DNA of 63,322 nucleotides, filler included, from Octopus bimaculoides (lineage: Eukaryota), in assembly GCF_001194135.2 (NCBI RefSeq). It is 4 parts of 4 records of this genome, joined end to end, with 100 filler letters (N's around TTAATTAATTAA, not from the genome) between each part and the next. Parts side by side here need not be neighbours in the genome. Positions count along the whole stretch, not along the records: positions 48,541 to 63,322 come from NC_068995.1; 3 more parts are not named here. One strand, written 5' to 3'. A program made the translations under genes and the position numbers. Positions 63,285-63,322 of this stretch are shown here, piece by piece. Within the stretch, counting starts at the first letter, position 1; every line of letters begins with the position of its first letter. A model generated the notes under the pieces. That model saw nothing but the letters and a program-made list of their open reading frames with translations. It did not search any database and was not told where the DNA came from.

Positions 63285-63322
<38 letters not shown>

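Overview
Eukaryotic, AT-rich, microsatellite-dense and gap-rich genomic DNA. The SINE and LINE repertoire points to an octopus (Octopus sp.; inferred from repeat families, not verified). Three TTAATTAATTAA linkers inside N runs split the window into four joined blocks. No complete or nameable host gene can be supported, and almost all ORF-track entries are microsatellite or N artefacts. Supported content: at least four tRNA-derived SINE families; RTE-clade LINE pieces; R4/Dong-clade LINE pieces (RT plus CCHC/RLE end); a decayed Chapaev3 transposase; a mariner foldback derivative; piggyBac-type (TTAA) and pogo/Tigger-type (TA) MITEs; a Helitron helicase remnant; two kinds of foldback element, one with telomere-like repeats. 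The most notable signal is a set of minimal type I hammerhead-ribozyme motifs. Three are stand-alone with an intact core (8930-8975 -, 50205-50242 -, 52138-52198 +). A fourth is built into the 3' half of a tRNA-headed SINE family present in three copies. The 26.2-48.4 kb block looks CpG-depleted, has a different repeat landscape, and holds weak candidate exons. All alignments and folds were done by eye.
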